This document shows, piece by piece, positions 10,248 to 23,824 of a DNA stretch of 56,482 nt. The stretch lies in assembly GCA_903912925.1 (NCBI GenBank), contig CAIWJG010000171.1, positions 1 through 56,482 of the forward strand. The letters run 5' to 3'. Position numbers and translations under genes: made by a program. The first letter of the stretch is position 1. The number at the start of each line of letters is the position of its first letter. The notes below the pieces were generated by a model, which was not told where the DNA came from, searched no databases, and was given only the letters and a program-made list of their open reading frames with translations. The stretch is from an uncultured Verrucomicrobia subdivision 3 bacterium (GTDB lineage Bacteria > Verrucomicrobiota > Verrucomicrobiia > Limisphaerales > UBA8199).

Positions 10248-10327
10248 ATGGTTGCCGCTTTGTTCACGGGAAAGACGCTATCAGGCTCCAAAGGCCAGTC
10301 AAGGGTGGCGGGCGCCAGCAAGGCTCG

Positions 10328-10436
10328 TTATGGGACGAATGGGGCGGATGGGACGAATGGCGGATGATCCCATGCGGCCTCGGACACCCTAAAGGATGGA
10401 CCCCAAACCTCCCAGACCAGCCAAAATGAGAACTGC
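10328..10436 (+). repeat. 109-bp direct repeat, copy 1
   Basis: Identical to 10835-10943 except for 2 mismatches. Confidence 0.95.
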
Positions 10437-10706
10437 CGGGCGGGCGCGCTCTGGCTGGGAATCGCAGCCTGTCCCCTGCCTAAGCAGAGCCGCGCCCGAC
10501 CGCCGCCTTCCGGTTGGCAAGCCAAGCACGCGGAGGGTATGTGCGTTGGACTTGGTGGGGCCATACAGTGGGATTGCAGGTTCAGCAGGGAAGTTTGGGT
10601 CCGGGGCAACGCCTAATGAGATCTCCAGAACGCGGTAACCGGCCTTCGACCGGAGCCAGAATATGGGAACCTACTCGCGTAGTGCCAGCCAGGAGCCCGC
10701 AGGATA

Positions 10707-10756
10707 TTCTCGATTGTTCCTCGATTGTTCTTCGATTGTTCTTCGATTGTTCCTCT
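10707..10756. repeat. 10-nt tandem repeat (tcgattgttc)x4
   Basis: Directly visible. Confidence 0.9.
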
Positions 10757-10834
10757 GGTTCCGGGGTTGGCTTCAGAGCACGGGCAGGGGTAACGGGGGC
10801 AGAGGTTTGCGCAGGAGGTTAGCAGCAAATCTTA

Positions 10835-10943
10835 TTATGGGACGAATGGGACGGATGGGACGAATGGCGGATGATCCCATGCGGCCTCGGACACCCTAAA
10901 GGGTGGACCCCAAACCTCCCAGACCAGCCAAAATGAGAACTGC
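10835..10943 (+). repeat. 109-bp direct repeat, copy 2
   Basis: 107/109 identical to 10328-10436. Confidence 0.95.
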
Positions 10944-11082
10944 TTGGAAGTTAGCGACACCGGCATCAAGCGCAGGCCCCCTGCCGGTAAGCCGCCCGGG
11001 TCCTACACCGTCCGTTCCCGAGCCTCGATGCGCGCGAGGCTGACCGAAGCCGGATCACGTTTCACGTTTCACGCTTCACGCC

Positions 11083-12306
11083 TCACTTCTTCCGGTGTAC
11101 TCGTGCCGCCACTTTGAGGCGCAACGCGTTCAGCCGGATGAAGCCGGTGGCGTCGTCCTGGTTGTAGGCTTTGGTCGGGTCGGCTTCCATCGTGGCGATG
11201 GCCGGGTTGTAGAGGCTGACGGGCGATTTCCGGCCGGCGCACATGATGTTGCCCTTGTAGAGCTTCACACGCACGGTGCCGGTGACGTTCTTCTGGCTCT
11301 CGGTCACGAAGGCCTGCAACGCCAGCCGCTCCGGGGCGAACCAGTAGCCGTAATAGACCAGCTCCGCATAGCGGGGGATAAGCGAATCACGCAGGTGCAT
11401 GACCTCGCGGTCCATGGTCAGCGTCTCCATCTGGCGGTGGGCGAAATGCAGTATGGCCCCGCCGGGGGTCTCATAGACGCCGCGGGATTTCATGCCCACG
11501 TAGCGGTTCTCGACCAGGTCCACCCGGCCGACGCCGTGCTTGCCGCCGAGCTTGTTGAGCGTCCGCATCACGCTGAGCGGGTCCAACGCCTTGCCGTTGA
11601 CGGCCACGCAGTTGCCCTGCTTAAACTCCAGTGTGACGTATTCTGCTTTGTCCGGCGCATCCTCGGGGGCGACGCTCAGTTTGAACATGTCCTTGTTCTC
11701 CGGCGCAAAGGCGTCCATCCAAGGATCTTCCAGGATGCCAGCCTCGAAGGAGATGTGGAGGAGGTTGCGGTCCATCGAGTAGGGCTTCTTGGCGGAGGCC
11801 TGGACGGGGATGCGCTTTTGCTCGCAGTAGTCGATCATTTCGGCGCGGCCGGGGAACTGGTCCCGAAACCGGGCATCGCGCCAGGGGACGATGACCTGCA
11901 ATTCGGGCGCGAGGCAGGCGGCGGTCAGCTCGAAGCGGACCTGGTCATTGCCCTTGCCGGTGGCGCCGTGGGCAAGGGCCTCGGCCTTTTCCCTTTTGGC
12001 GATATCAATCATGCCCTTGGCGATGAGCGGCCTGGCAATACTGGTGCCCAGGAGATACTGGCTCTCGTAGATCGCGCCGGCCTGGATCATGGGGAAGATG
12101 AAGTCGCGCGCGAACTCCGCTTGCAGGTCGGCAATGTAGCATTTGGATGCCCCGGTGCTTTTGGCCTTGGCTTCCAGGCCCTTAAGTTCCTCCTCCTGGC
12201 CGATGTTGGCGCAGAACGCAATGATCTCCGCGTCATACTTCTCCTTCAGCCATGACAGGATGACGGAAGTATCCAGACCGCCCGAATATGCTAGTACAAT
12301 CTTCAT
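11083..12306 (-). CDS. argG: Argininosuccinate synthase
   Basis: [28 protein letters not shown] and [11 protein letters not shown]. Confidence 0.97.
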   Translation of the reverse strand: MKIVLAYSGGLDTSVILSWLKEKYDAEIIAFCANIGQEEELKGLEAKAKSTGASKCYIADLQAEFARDFIFPMIQAGAIYESQYLLGTSIARPLIAKGMIDIAKREKAEALAHGATGKGNDQVRFELTAACLAPELQVIVPWRDARFRDQFPGRAEMIDYCEQKRIPVQASAKKPYSMDRNLLHISFEAGILEDPWMDAFAPENKDMFKLSVAPEDAPDKAEYVTLEFKQGNCVAVNGKALDPLSVMRTLNKLGGKHGVGRVDLVENRYVGMKSRGVYETPGGAILHFAHRQMETLTMDREVMHLRDSLIPRYAELVYYGYWFAPERLALQAFVTESQKNVTGTVRVKLYKGNIMCAGRKSPVSLYNPAIATMEADPTKAYNQDDATGFIRLNALRLKVAARVHRKK

Positions 12307-12447
12307 AATGTGTTTCAAATTCGCCCGAATGAGAAGGCACCGGGGCTGAATTGGAAAGAACAAATTGGCGGTCCAACGAGGGCACGAAGTTCGCGGGCCT
12401 GCAAAGAATTGCTTTTCAGCCAAACCTTTATAAGGTAAGAATCATTC

Positions 12448-14966
<2,519 letters not shown>

Positions 14967-15029
14967 GCGGCAGGGCAGGGCGGCTTCAGTAGCAGGTCGG
15001 ATGGCAGCGAAGGTAACGCCCGCCGCCCT

Positions 15030-15205
15030 GAAATCCGAAGGCCGAAATCCGAAACCCGAAGGAAGGCCGAGACCCGAAATCCGAAGGAAGGCCGAGACCC
15101 GAAATCCGAAGGCACTCAAATGAACTTGCCGAGGCAAAAGCTGAAACACCGAAACACCGCCCATGCCGGTTTCTTTCGGCCTTCGACCTTCGGGTTTCGG
15201 ATTTG
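15030..15205. repeat. ccgaaat heptamer array with a 25-nt tandem duplication and an inverted distal arm
   Basis: ccgaaggaaggccgagacccgaaat twice; tttcggccttcgaccttcgggtttcggattt downstream. Confidence 0.85.
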
Positions 15206-15255
15206 GGGCTGAGGTTGGCTTGAGCAACCTGAGCCATTCCTCTCGGCCCTTTCTC

Positions 15256-16056
15256 TCAGCAGATGTGCTGTTGCCTGAGCTCGCGGATTCGGTCGCGCAA
15301 TTGGGCGGCGCGTTCGAATTCCTGCTTGTCGATGGCGCGGCGCAGTTGTTGCTCCAACCGCTCTAGTTCCGACAGGGGCCGATTCTTCTGGATTTGCGAC
15401 ACGAGCGTGCGCAGAGCCGTCAGGGACCGGTCCCGCTCGAACTTGAAGGTGTCATCCTCCAGTTCATCCAGGAACTCAATGGCACGGATTCCTTCTCGGG
15501 TGATCTTCGCGGCCTCGTCATAGGCGCCTTTGTCCAGCTCCAGCATGGCCCCGGCGCTGGTGTGGACCCGCAAAACGTAAGGACGCCACTTCTCCAGAAA
15601 CTGCTGGTCCTCCTCGCGCCGGGCGTAGCGGTGCAGGAGATCAAACGCCCGCAGGTTGCGCGCCGTGTCACGGACCGTGCGGGCCCAGTCCTTGAGCTGG
15701 AAGAGCCGCACGTAGCGTAAGTAGTAAAGCGTGCCCTCCTGGAGGAGTTCGCTGCATTCCTGCGGCCCCAGGTCAAAGTCGGATTCGCCCCCGGAGAACT
15801 TGGCCTGGTTGAGGCGCTGCTGGTAATACTCCAGGGCAGACTCCACGCCGTGCGGCTGCGTGCCGTCGGGCCGTCCGTCTGTTTCGTACTGCTCGATGCC
15901 CAGCGGCGTGCGCACTTGCAAGAGGTCGCGGCCGTCGTCACCTCGGATGATGCGGGCATCCTGTTCCGGGTCATACGGCCAGCTCTTCAATATCTTGCGC
16001 AGGTCAGCCGAGTCACTCATATCGCTGCTTCCAGTATGGCTCTTTTTGCGCGGCAT
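15256..16056 (-). CDS. UvrB/UvrC (UVR) motif-containing protein
   Basis: C-terminal LRRAIDKQEFERAAQLRDRIREL; N-terminal W.YDP..G.DGR..LQVR..GRPDG..P pattern. Confidence 0.8.
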   Translation of the reverse strand: MPRKKSHTGSSDMSDSADLRKILKSWPYDPEQDARIIRGDDGRDLLQVRTPLGIEQYETDGRPDGTQPHGVESALEYYQQRLNQAKFSGGESDFDLGPQECSELLQEGTLYYLRYVRLFQLKDWARTVRDTARNLRAFDLLHRYARREEDQQFLEKWRPYVLRVHTSAGAMLELDKGAYDEAAKITREGIRAIEFLDELEDDTFKFERDRSLTALRTLVSQIQKNRPLSELERLEQQLRRAIDKQEFERAAQLRDRIRELRQQHIC

Positions 16057-16085
16057 TCAATGTCATCTTCTGTCCCATCAGCACA

Positions 16086-16115
16086 TTGACACGCCGGCTT
16101 GGCACTCGGTATATT
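16086..16115 (+). promoter_or_regulatory. Sigma70-like promoter of asd
   Basis: TTGACA-18 nt-TATATT, ending 12 nt before ATG 16128. Confidence 0.6.
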
Positions 16116-16127
16116 CTGGTCCTTTAT

Positions 16128-17132
16128 ATGAACCGCAATCCGCATGTGGCCGTGGTCGGTGCGACGGGAGCCGTCGGCATCGAGATGATCAAGACGCTGG
16201 AGAAACGCAATTTCCCGCTCGGGAAACTGACGTTGCTCGCTTCTGCCCGCTCGGTGGGCAAGAAGCTCAAGTATCGTGGCCAGGACATTACGGTGCAGGA
16301 ACTGAAGAAGGATTCCTTCGGCGGCATTGACATCGCGCTGTTCAGCGCCGGGGGCAGCATCTCGAAGGAATACGCCCCCATCGCCGCCCAGGCCGGTTGC
16401 GTGGTCATCGACAACTCCAGCGCGTTCCGCATGGACGACAATGTCCCGCTGGTGATCCCCGAGGTCAACGCCGCGGACGTGAAGTGGCACAAAGGCATCA
16501 TCGCCAACCCGAATTGCACCACGGCTATCGCGCTCATGGCGTTGTACCCGCTGCACGCGGCGTTCAACTGCACGCGCATTTTTGCCTCCAGCTACCAGGC
16601 GGTTTCCGGCACGGGCGCCAAAGCCATCGCCGAGCTGGAGCGCCAGGTGGACCAGATCGTGAATAAGCAGCCTGTGACGCGCGAGGTCTATCCGCACCAG
16701 ATCGCTTTCAACGTGCTGCCGCACGTGGATTCCTTCCTGCCGACCGGCTACACCAAGGAAGAGATGAAGATGGAGAACGAAGGCCGCAAGATCATGCACC
16801 ACCCGACGTTCCGGGCGAGCGTGACCTGCGTGCGCGTGCCGGTCTATCGCGCGCACTCGGTCGCCGTCAGCGCCGAGTTTGAGAAGCCGACGACGGTCGA
16901 GGCCGCGCTGGCCGTGCTCCAAAAAGCGCCCGGCTTGGACGTCGTCGATAATCCGGCCAAGTGCGAGTATCCGCTGCCGCTTTACCAGTCGGACAAATAT
17001 AACTGCGCCGTCGGCCGCCTACGCAAGGACTGCGCGTTGGACAACGGCCTCTGCTTCTGGGTTGCCGGCGATCAGCTCCTCAAGGGCGCCGCGCTGAACG
17101 CGGTGCAGATCGCCGAAGAGCTACTCAAGTAG
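16128..17132 (+). CDS. asd: Aspartate-semialdehyde dehydrogenase
   Basis: GATGAVG, DNSSAFRM, ANPNCTT, YQAVSGTG and LLKGAALNAVQIAE. Confidence 0.97.
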   Translation: MNRNPHVAVVGATGAVGIEMIKTLEKRNFPLGKLTLLASARSVGKKLKYRGQDITVQELKKDSFGGIDIALFSAGGSISKEYAPIAAQAGCVVIDNSSAFRMDDNVPLVIPEVNAADVKWHKGIIANPNCTTAIALMALYPLHAAFNCTRIFASSYQAVSGTGAKAIAELERQVDQIVNKQPVTREVYPHQIAFNVLPHVDSFLPTGYTKEEMKMENEGRKIMHHPTFRASVTCVRVPVYRAHSVAVSAEFEKPTTVEAALAVLQKAPGLDVVDNPAKCEYPLPLYQSDKYNCAVGRLRKDCALDNGLCFWVAGDQLLKGAALNAVQIAEELLK

Positions 17133-17346
17133 GCTCGTTTGGGAGGGCGAGCGTGCTTGGGGGCAGCAACGTTCGCCAGCGGCGGGGTCCTTAGGCTTTC
17201 CAACACGTTGGGCAAGTTGGTGCTGGCTGTGTCCCGGGTACGGGCGCACTCCGGCCCAAGCAGGCTTTAGTCCGCCGCCTTCACCTATAACCCTTGCTGG
17301 TTTTTCGCTTCGCCGCCGATGGGCGATGGGCGTAGAGTGGGGCATT

Positions 17347-19866
17347 ATGCAATACAAGAATTTGATGCGGGTATTCTGGCTCTGGATGGCACTGGGCCTC
17401 GCGGTTGCCGCCGGTGCAGCGCCGGTTCGCGGGCCGGACGAAGATGTGAATAGCCCGGAGTTGCGCGCGAGATCAGGGCTGCTGCCAAATGAGCATCTGC
17501 TGTTCAACGGTTGGGGTGTTACGCCCGCCGGCCAGCATGTGCCAATGAGCGATCTAGCGCTCAAGCTGGTGGTCGCGCCGGACGGCAAACGGTTGCTGGC
17601 GGCGCACGGCGGGTTCAACCAGCACGGTCTGACGGTGTTCGATATAGCCAGTCGCAAACAGACGCAGTTTCTCCAATTGCCGCGCAGTTGGAACGGCCTG
17701 GTCTTCAGCAGCGACGGCAAGCAGTGCTTTGTCTCGGGCGGCAACTCGGGCCAGGTCCATGTCTTCAACTATGCGGATGGCGCGGCGAAGTTCGACCGCT
17801 CCGTTAAACCGGAATCGGAGTCGGAGGAAGTGTTTCTGGCGGGCATGGCGGTCCACCCGGGAACAGGAAAGCTCTATGTTTGCAACGAGGCCACTGACGA
17901 AATCTGGGTGCTCGACCCGAAGACGCTGGCGCTGGAGCGCAGCATCCGGGTCGGCGAGCACCCGCACAGTTGCGTGCTGGGGGCCGATCGCCAGCACCTG
18001 TATGTGAGCAACTGGGGTGGCCGGACGGTGAGCATCGTTGATGCGGAAAAGGGGCGGCGCGTCCGCGACATTGCCGTGGGCCTGCGGCCCAACGATATGG
18101 CGATGGCGCCAGATGGCCGGTTGTTTGTGGCCTGCGCGGGGGATAACACAGTTCACGTCATCCAGACGCGCACCGCCGAGACGGCGGAACTCGAGGCAAG
18201 TCCCACCCGCCGCCTGCCAGAGGGTACTCGGGAGATTATCTCGACTTCACTGTATCCGGATTCGCCGGAGGGCAGCACGCCGGATGGTGTCGCGGTGTCG
18301 CCGGATGGCCGCACGCTCTTTGTAGCCAACGCCGACAACAACTGCGTGATGGTGGTGGATATCTCCAATAGCATCTCCGAGGAAGCGCGGAAGCACCGCG
18401 AGTCGGTGTCGGTCGTCGAAGGCTTCATCCCGGTCGGCTGGTATCCGTCGGCGGTGGCGGTCAGCCCCGACAATCAGACGCTCTTCGTCGCCAACGGGAA
18501 AGGGCTGGCTTCGCGCTCCAATGTTCCCTCCAGCACGTCCGATCCGCGCCGTCTGCACAAGCCGCCCGCCTTCGATTATATTGGCCGCACGCTCAGCGGC
18601 TCGGTCTCCTTCATCCCGCGCCCGGATGCCGCGCAGATGGCTGCTTACACCAAGCAGGTCCGTGCCAACTCGCCTTACACCCCGGAGCAGTTCCAACGCG
18701 CTGCGCTGCCGAGCGATTCGGTGATCCCCGCCAAGGTCGGCGAGCCCTGCCTGATCAAGTATGTCCTCTACATCATCAAGGAGAACCGCACGTACGACCA
18801 GATGTTCGGCGATTTCCGGGACGCCCAAGGCAAACCCGCCGGCAATGGAGATTCCAACCTGGTCATGTACGGGGAAGCCGTTACCCCCAACCACCACCAA
18901 CTCGCCCGCGACTATGTGCTGCTGGATAACCTGTATTGCAATGGAGAAGTCAGTGTGGACGGCCACAGTTGGTGCGACGCAGCCATCGCGACCGATTACA
19001 ACCAGCGCTCGTGGATACTTTCCTACTCCCGCCACGGCAAACTATTCGGCAACGAGGAAATGGAAGTGCCCGCCGCGGGCTACCTTTGGGACCTGTGCCG
19101 ACGCCACGGGGTGAGCTACAGGAATTACGGCGAAGGGGCAAGGCGTGTGCCCTCGGCCAACCGCGGCCGCTGGAGCGGTGGTCGCGACATGGACCGGGTC
19201 CAGGGCTGGATCGAAGACCTTCAGGAAGCGGAGAAAACCGGCGTGCTCCCGCGCTTCACCATCATGTCACTGGGTGAAAACCATACTCATGGCACCGCGC
19301 CCGGCGCGTTCACTCCGGATGCCTGCGTGGGCAGCAATGACCTCGGCCTGGGACGGCTCGTCGAGGCAGCCACCCGCAGCCGTTTCTGGAAGGAAATGGC
19401 GATCTTCGTGATCGAGGACGATGCGCAGAACGGGCCGGACCACGTGGATGCTCATCGCACCGACGGCCTGGTGATCAGCCCCTACTGCAAACGCGGCGTC
19501 GTGGACAGCACTCTCTACACGACCGCGAGCATGATCCGCACGATCGAGTTGATCCTGGGCCTGCCGCCATTGACGCAATATGACGCCGGCGCCACGCCGA
19601 TGTTCAACAGCTTCCAGAAGACTGCTCAGCTCACGACTTACCAGCCGCTCACGCCGAAGGTGGACCTGCTGGCCAAGAACACACTCAAGTCTTTCGGCGC
19701 AAAGCAGTCGGCGCGGATGAACTTCCGCGAGTACGATTTGGCGCCCGAAGATGAGCTGAACCGGATTCTGTGGCGGGCCGCCAAAGGACCGGGAGTGCCC
19801 TATCCCACGCCCATCCATCGCGTGATCTTTACCGAGCCCTCACTGGCCAGCGCCGACACCAAGTAG
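17347..19866 (+). CDS. Secreted YVTN/YncE beta-propeller + phosphoesterase (alkaline-phosphatase superfamily) protein
   Basis: Signal peptide; repeated SPDG..L.VAN blades; IIKENRTYD, S.DGH.W, EDDAQNGPDHVDAHR and TIELILGL. Confidence 0.85.
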   Translation: MQYKNLMRVFWLWMALGLAVAAGAAPVRGPDEDVNSPELRARSGLLPNEHLLFNGWGVTPAGQHVPMSDLALKLVVAPDGKRLLAAHGGFNQHGLTVFDIASRKQTQFLQLPRSWNGLVFSSDGKQCFVSGGNSGQVHVFNYADGAAKFDRSVKPESESEEVFLAGMAVHPGTGKLYVCNEATDEIWVLDPKTLALERSIRVGEHPHSCVLGADRQHLYVSNWGGRTVSIVDAEKGRRVRDIAVGLRPNDMAMAPDGRLFVACAGDNTVHVIQTRTAETAELEASPTRRLPEGTREIISTSLYPDSPEGSTPDGVAVSPDGRTLFVANADNNCVMVVDISNSISEEARKHRESVSVVEGFIPVGWYPSAVAVSPDNQTLFVANGKGLASRSNVPSSTSDPRRLHKPPAFDYIGRTLSGSVSFIPRPDAAQMAAYTKQVRANSPYTPEQFQRAALPSDSVIPAKVGEPCLIKYVLYIIKENRTYDQMFGDFRDAQGKPAGNGDSNLVMYGEAVTPNHHQLARDYVLLDNLYCNGEVSVDGHSWCDAAIATDYNQRSWILSYSRHGKLFGNEEMEVPAAGYLWDLCRRHGVSYRNYGEGARRVPSANRGRWSGGRDMDRVQGWIEDLQEAEKTGVLPRFTIMSLGENHTHGTAPGAFTPDACVGSNDLGLGRLVEAATRSRFWKEMAIFVIEDDAQNGPDHVDAHRTDGLVISPYCKRGVVDSTLYTTASMIRTIELILGLPPLTQYDAGATPMFNSFQKTAQLTTYQPLTPKVDLLAKNTLKSFGAKQSARMNFREYDLAPEDELNRILWRAAKGPGVPYPTPIHRVIFTEPSLASADTK

Positions 19867-19924
19867 TCGAACAACGGAGCTTCAGTTGGAACCGCAGCAT
19901 ACACTACGCCCAAAGCTGCCGAGC

Positions 19925-19969
19925 CTACTCCCGCTCCCCTACCGAAGGGGAGCGAGCTGGGGTGAGGGG
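19925..19969. repeat. ccctcaccc/ggggag-type REP-like hairpin
   Basis: cgctcccct accga aggggagcg followed by ggggtgagggg. Related copy at ~45160-45194. Confidence 0.6.
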
Positions 19970-20184
19970 TTGCTCGGTGTCGTTTATCCCGCGGTGTTAG
20001 CAGGCGACTGGCCCCAACGAAACATGACGCCGAAACGCAGGAAGAAGGCCATCTGAGAGCTTCGCGCCTTCGCAGTCCCATGGGGTCTAATGGTATCCCC
20101 GGTGTGTTCCGCTGGTCTCCCCTAAGTCTTACGACGATGATGAGGACGATAGCAGGACCGCCCAGGCATTTACTCGACCAAGGC

Positions 20185-20213
20185 TTGACGGCGTGCTTCA
20201 TCGGAGTCAGACT
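20185..20213 (+). promoter_or_regulatory. Sigma70-like promoter (probably leaderless) of the Gfo/Idh/MocA gene
   Basis: TTGACG-17 nt-CAGACT-6 nt-ATG. Confidence 0.5.
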
Positions 20214-20219
20214 CGCCCC

Positions 20220-21548
20220 ATGAAACGTCGTCAGTTCCTCCGATCCATCGCTTTCACCGGAGCCGCCGGGCTTATCCTGCCGCGAACCAAACTCTTCGGT
20301 GCCGATGCCCCCAGTAACAAGCTCAATGTTGCCCTCATCGGCACGTGGGGCCGCGGCGAAGCCCATTTCGGCGGCCTCATGAGCGAGAATGTTGTCGCCT
20401 TGTGCGATATAAACGAGAAGCACCTGGCCTTTGGGGGGCAAAAGTTTCCCGGGGCCAAGCAATACGTGGACTGGCGGAAGTGCCTCGACCAAAAGGACAT
20501 TGACGCGGTGGTCTGCTGCACGGCGGATCACACCCACGCTTTCGTCGCCAATTGGAGCATGAACCGCGGCAAGCATATCTACTGCGAGAAGCCGCTGGGC
20601 AACTGCGTGGAAGAGGTTCGCGTCGTCCGCGCCAACTATCTCAAGAACAAGGGCAAGCTCGCCACCCAGGTCGGCACCCAGCGCCATGAGTACGAGAACT
20701 TCAACCGGGTCCGGGAGCTGGTCCGTGACGGTGCGATCGGCGATTTGCAGGACGTCAGTGCGTGGGGCGACCGGAAGCTTCCCAAGCCGGGCTATCTGCC
20801 CGCGCAGGGTGAGCCGCCCGCGGACTTCCACTGGGATCTGTGGCTCGGCCCTTCTCCCGCGCATCCCTGGAATCCGGGATACTTCGCGGGCAGCTCCGGC
20901 ATGAACTGCCTGTCCTGGAACATGTACTGGGACTTCGGCAGCGGCCAGGTGGGGGACATGGGGAGCCACACGATGGACCTGGCGTGGAACGCCCTGGATG
21001 CCGAGTTGCCGACTTCCGCCGAAGGCAAGGGCGACCCCTTCAACCCCGAAGTGACGCCGGTCAAGCTGGAGATGCATTGGGAGATTCCCGCCAACGACTG
21101 GCGCCAGGCGATCCGCGTCTCGTGGTATCATGGCGGCGCTCTGCCCGAATTGCCGGTGAAATACCTGGACCTCAAGAAGATTGATCATGGCGCACTGTTC
21201 GAGGGGAGCAAGGGATGCCTCGCCTCAGAGTTCCAATCGCGCGCCCTGTTTCCGCACGGCAACCAGGCCGACCTGACCTACTACAAGCCACGGGCCAAGG
21301 CCGACCTGATTCCGCCGCTGGGCAACTTCCAGAAGCAGTGGATCAACGCCTGCAAGGGCAGTCTGAAGACCTCCTGCGATTTCGACTACGGCGGCAAGAT
21401 GATCGAGATGCTGCTGCTCGGCATGGTGGCCTATCGCGTCGGTCGCAAGATCAAATACGACGGCGCGGCTGGTCGCGTCACCGATTGCCCGGAGGCCAAT
21501 GAACTGCTAAGTCGCAAGTATCGTGACGGCTGGACGCTGAACGGGTAG
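20220..21548 (+). CDS. Tat-exported Gfo/Idh/MocA oxidoreductase
   Basis: KRRQFL twin-arginine signal, YCEKPL, QVGTQR, WDLWLGP and GDMGSH. Confidence 0.9.
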   Translation: MKRRQFLRSIAFTGAAGLILPRTKLFGADAPSNKLNVALIGTWGRGEAHFGGLMSENVVALCDINEKHLAFGGQKFPGAKQYVDWRKCLDQKDIDAVVCCTADHTHAFVANWSMNRGKHIYCEKPLGNCVEEVRVVRANYLKNKGKLATQVGTQRHEYENFNRVRELVRDGAIGDLQDVSAWGDRKLPKPGYLPAQGEPPADFHWDLWLGPSPAHPWNPGYFAGSSGMNCLSWNMYWDFGSGQVGDMGSHTMDLAWNALDAELPTSAEGKGDPFNPEVTPVKLEMHWEIPANDWRQAIRVSWYHGGALPELPVKYLDLKKIDHGALFEGSKGCLASEFQSRALFPHGNQADLTYYKPRAKADLIPPLGNFQKQWINACKGSLKTSCDFDYGGKMIEMLLLGMVAYRVGRKIKYDGAAGRVTDCPEANELLSRKYRDGWTLNG

Positions 21549-21573
21549 TGCCTTTGGCAAGATTACCTCTGCT

Positions 21574-22140
21574 ATGACCAAATCTCTCGGGGCCAAGACT
21601 CTCATTTACCCAGCGCCGGTGCTGGTGGTGGGCACCTACGACAAAGCTGGCAAACCCAATGTGATGACCGCTTCCTGGGGCGGCATCTGCTGCTCTCAGC
21701 CGCCGTGTGTGGCGGTTTCTTTGCGCACGGCAACCTGCTCCCACGGAAACATCGTGGACCGGGGGGCCTTTACGATTAGCATTCCGTCCGAGCAATACGT
21801 CAAAGAGGTGGATTACTTCGGACTGGTGTCCGGCCGGAGCATGGATAAGTTTGCGGCGACGAAGCTGACGCCGGTGAAGAGCAAGCTGGTGGATGCCCCG
21901 TATGTGAAAGAGTTTCCGCTCGTGATGGAGTGCAAGCTGGTGCATGTGGCGGAGTTGGGCCTGCATACGCAGTTCGTCGGCGAGGTGATTGACGCCAAAG
22001 CCGACGAGAGCATCATCGGCGAGGGCGGGGCCATTGACATCAAGAAGCTCAAGCCGCTGGTCTTCACGCCGGACACGCAGGACTATTACGGGATCGGCAG
22101 CTTCAAAGGGAAGGTCTTCTCGTCCGGAAAGGGCATCTGA
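21574..22140 (+). CDS. Flavin reductase / flavoredoxin family protein
   Basis: [27 protein letters not shown] and HTQFVGEV. Confidence 0.88.
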   Translation: MTKSLGAKTLIYPAPVLVVGTYDKAGKPNVMTASWGGICCSQPPCVAVSLRTATCSHGNIVDRGAFTISIPSEQYVKEVDYFGLVSGRSMDKFAATKLTPVKSKLVDAPYVKEFPLVMECKLVHVAELGLHTQFVGEVIDAKADESIIGEGGAIDIKKLKPLVFTPDTQDYYGIGSFKGKVFSSGKGI

Positions 22141-22182
22141 TTGGCACTGGATTTCACCAGCAAGACCTGACAACACTTGATT

Positions 22183-23580
22183 ATGGCAGAAAAGAGTTTG
22201 AGCGAACTTCCACGTGAGCTGCGCGTGCTCTACACCAAGGGCCATGAGGCTTTGCAGCGGGACAACCTCGATTACGCGATTGATCTCTTCAATCAAGTGC
22301 TGGCCAAAGACCCTGCGATCTACGAGTGCCGCAAGGAGCTGCGAACGGCGCAGAAGAAGAAGGCCGGCGCTGGCTCAGGCTTCTTCAAGAAGATGCTGAG
22401 CAGCGCGGGATCATCGCCGCTCATGGCGAAGGCCCACATGGAATTAGCCAAGAACCCGGCCGAGGCGCTCAAGATCGCCGAGCAAATCCTCAACGGAGAA
22501 CCGACCAGCTCCGGCGCGCACAAGCTGGTGGTGGAAGCGGCCACCGCCCTGGAACTGCCGCGGACCGCCGTCCTCTCGCTGGAAATCCTGGCAGCTAATT
22601 CGCCCAAGGACCGGGATATAGCCGTCAAGTTTGCCAACGCGCTGGCGGACTCCGGCGAGGTAGGGCGGGCAGAGAAGGTCCTGGCGGACCTCTATCGCTC
22701 CTTCCCAACCGACAATGATTTGGCCCAGGCGCTCAAAGACCTTTCCGCGCGTAAGACGCTCAACGAAGGCGGCTATGACGCGCTGGCGGATGGCACGGGC
22801 TCCTATCGTGACATCCTCAAGAACAAAGATGAAGCCGTCTCGCTGGAGCAGCAGAATCGCCAGGTCAAAACGGAGGACGTTGCCGAGCGGCTGATCAACG
22901 AATACGAGGCGCGCCTCAAGACCGAGCCGAAGAACCTGAAGCTGCTGCGTTCGTTGGCGGAGTTATGCACGCAGAAGAAGCAGTTCGACCGCGCCCTGGA
23001 ATATTACGGGCAAATCAAGACCTCGGAGGCCGGCGCCGACGCTTCACTGGATCGCAACATTGCGGACACGATGGGGCGGAAATTGGACTATGAGATGTCG
23101 CTGCTTGACCTGAGCGCGCCGGATCACGCGGAGAAAGTGGCGAAGCTTCAGGCCGAGAAGCTGGCCTACCAACTAGCCGAGTGCCAGAAGCGCGTCGAAC
23201 GGTTTTCGACGGACCTGCAAATCCGGTTCGAGCTGGGGCAGCTCTATTTCCAGGCGGGCAAGATCTCTGAGGCCATGAAGGAATTTCAGAAGGCCCAAAA
23301 CAACCCTCACCGGCGCATCCAGGCTCTGAGCTATCTCGGGCAGTGCTTCGCCCGGCGCGGCATCAATGACTTGGCCGCCAGCACATTGCAAGATGCCATC
23401 AAGGAGAAGGTGGGCTTTGACGACGAAAAGAAGGAGCTGGTTTACCTGCTGGGTTGCATTTACGAGAAAATGGACAAACGCGACGAGGCGATCGCGCAAT
23501 TCAAATTGATCTACGCCGTTGATGTCGGCTATAAGGACGTCAGTGACAAGATTGATGCCTTTTACGGCGGACAAGCCTGA
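22183..23580 (+). CDS. Tetratricopeptide-repeat protein
   Basis: All-helical, repeated LG..Y...G...EA patterns, C-terminal YKDV. Confidence 0.8.
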   Translation: MAEKSLSELPRELRVLYTKGHEALQRDNLDYAIDLFNQVLAKDPAIYECRKELRTAQKKKAGAGSGFFKKMLSSAGSSPLMAKAHMELAKNPAEALKIAEQILNGEPTSSGAHKLVVEAATALELPRTAVLSLEILAANSPKDRDIAVKFANALADSGEVGRAEKVLADLYRSFPTDNDLAQALKDLSARKTLNEGGYDALADGTGSYRDILKNKDEAVSLEQQNRQVKTEDVAERLINEYEARLKTEPKNLKLLRSLAELCTQKKQFDRALEYYGQIKTSEAGADASLDRNIADTMGRKLDYEMSLLDLSAPDHAEKVAKLQAEKLAYQLAECQKRVERFSTDLQIRFELGQLYFQAGKISEAMKEFQKAQNNPHRRIQALSYLGQCFARRGINDLAASTLQDAIKEKVGFDDEKKELVYLLGCIYEKMDKRDEAIAQFKLIYAVDVGYKDVSDKIDAFYGGQA

Positions 23581-23824
23581 GGAACTGATGCTGGGACGGG
23601 CCCCGTATCAATGGGAGTGTTTTGGGGAGTGGCCATGATCAGCCAGAACGGCTTCGTCAAGGCAGCGGCAGAAGTGTGAAACCTGTCAAAGCCTTGTAAC
23701 CCCGCAGACCCTTCCCGTCTATATCGCAGATTAGTCCGCTGCTGTGGGGCACATTCCGGGGCTGGCGGGGGCGGACCAAACCAAGTGCAAAGTTTGGCTT
23801 GGCCTCGACTCTATCAGCACAAAG

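Noticed and set aside
10328-10943. Possible CRISPR array
   Set aside because: Only two 109-bp repeats with a ~400-bp interval; no regular repeat-spacer period and no cas genes.
15030-15205. Possible CRISPR array or iterons
   Set aside because: Short contiguous tandem units without unique spacers; no rep gene.
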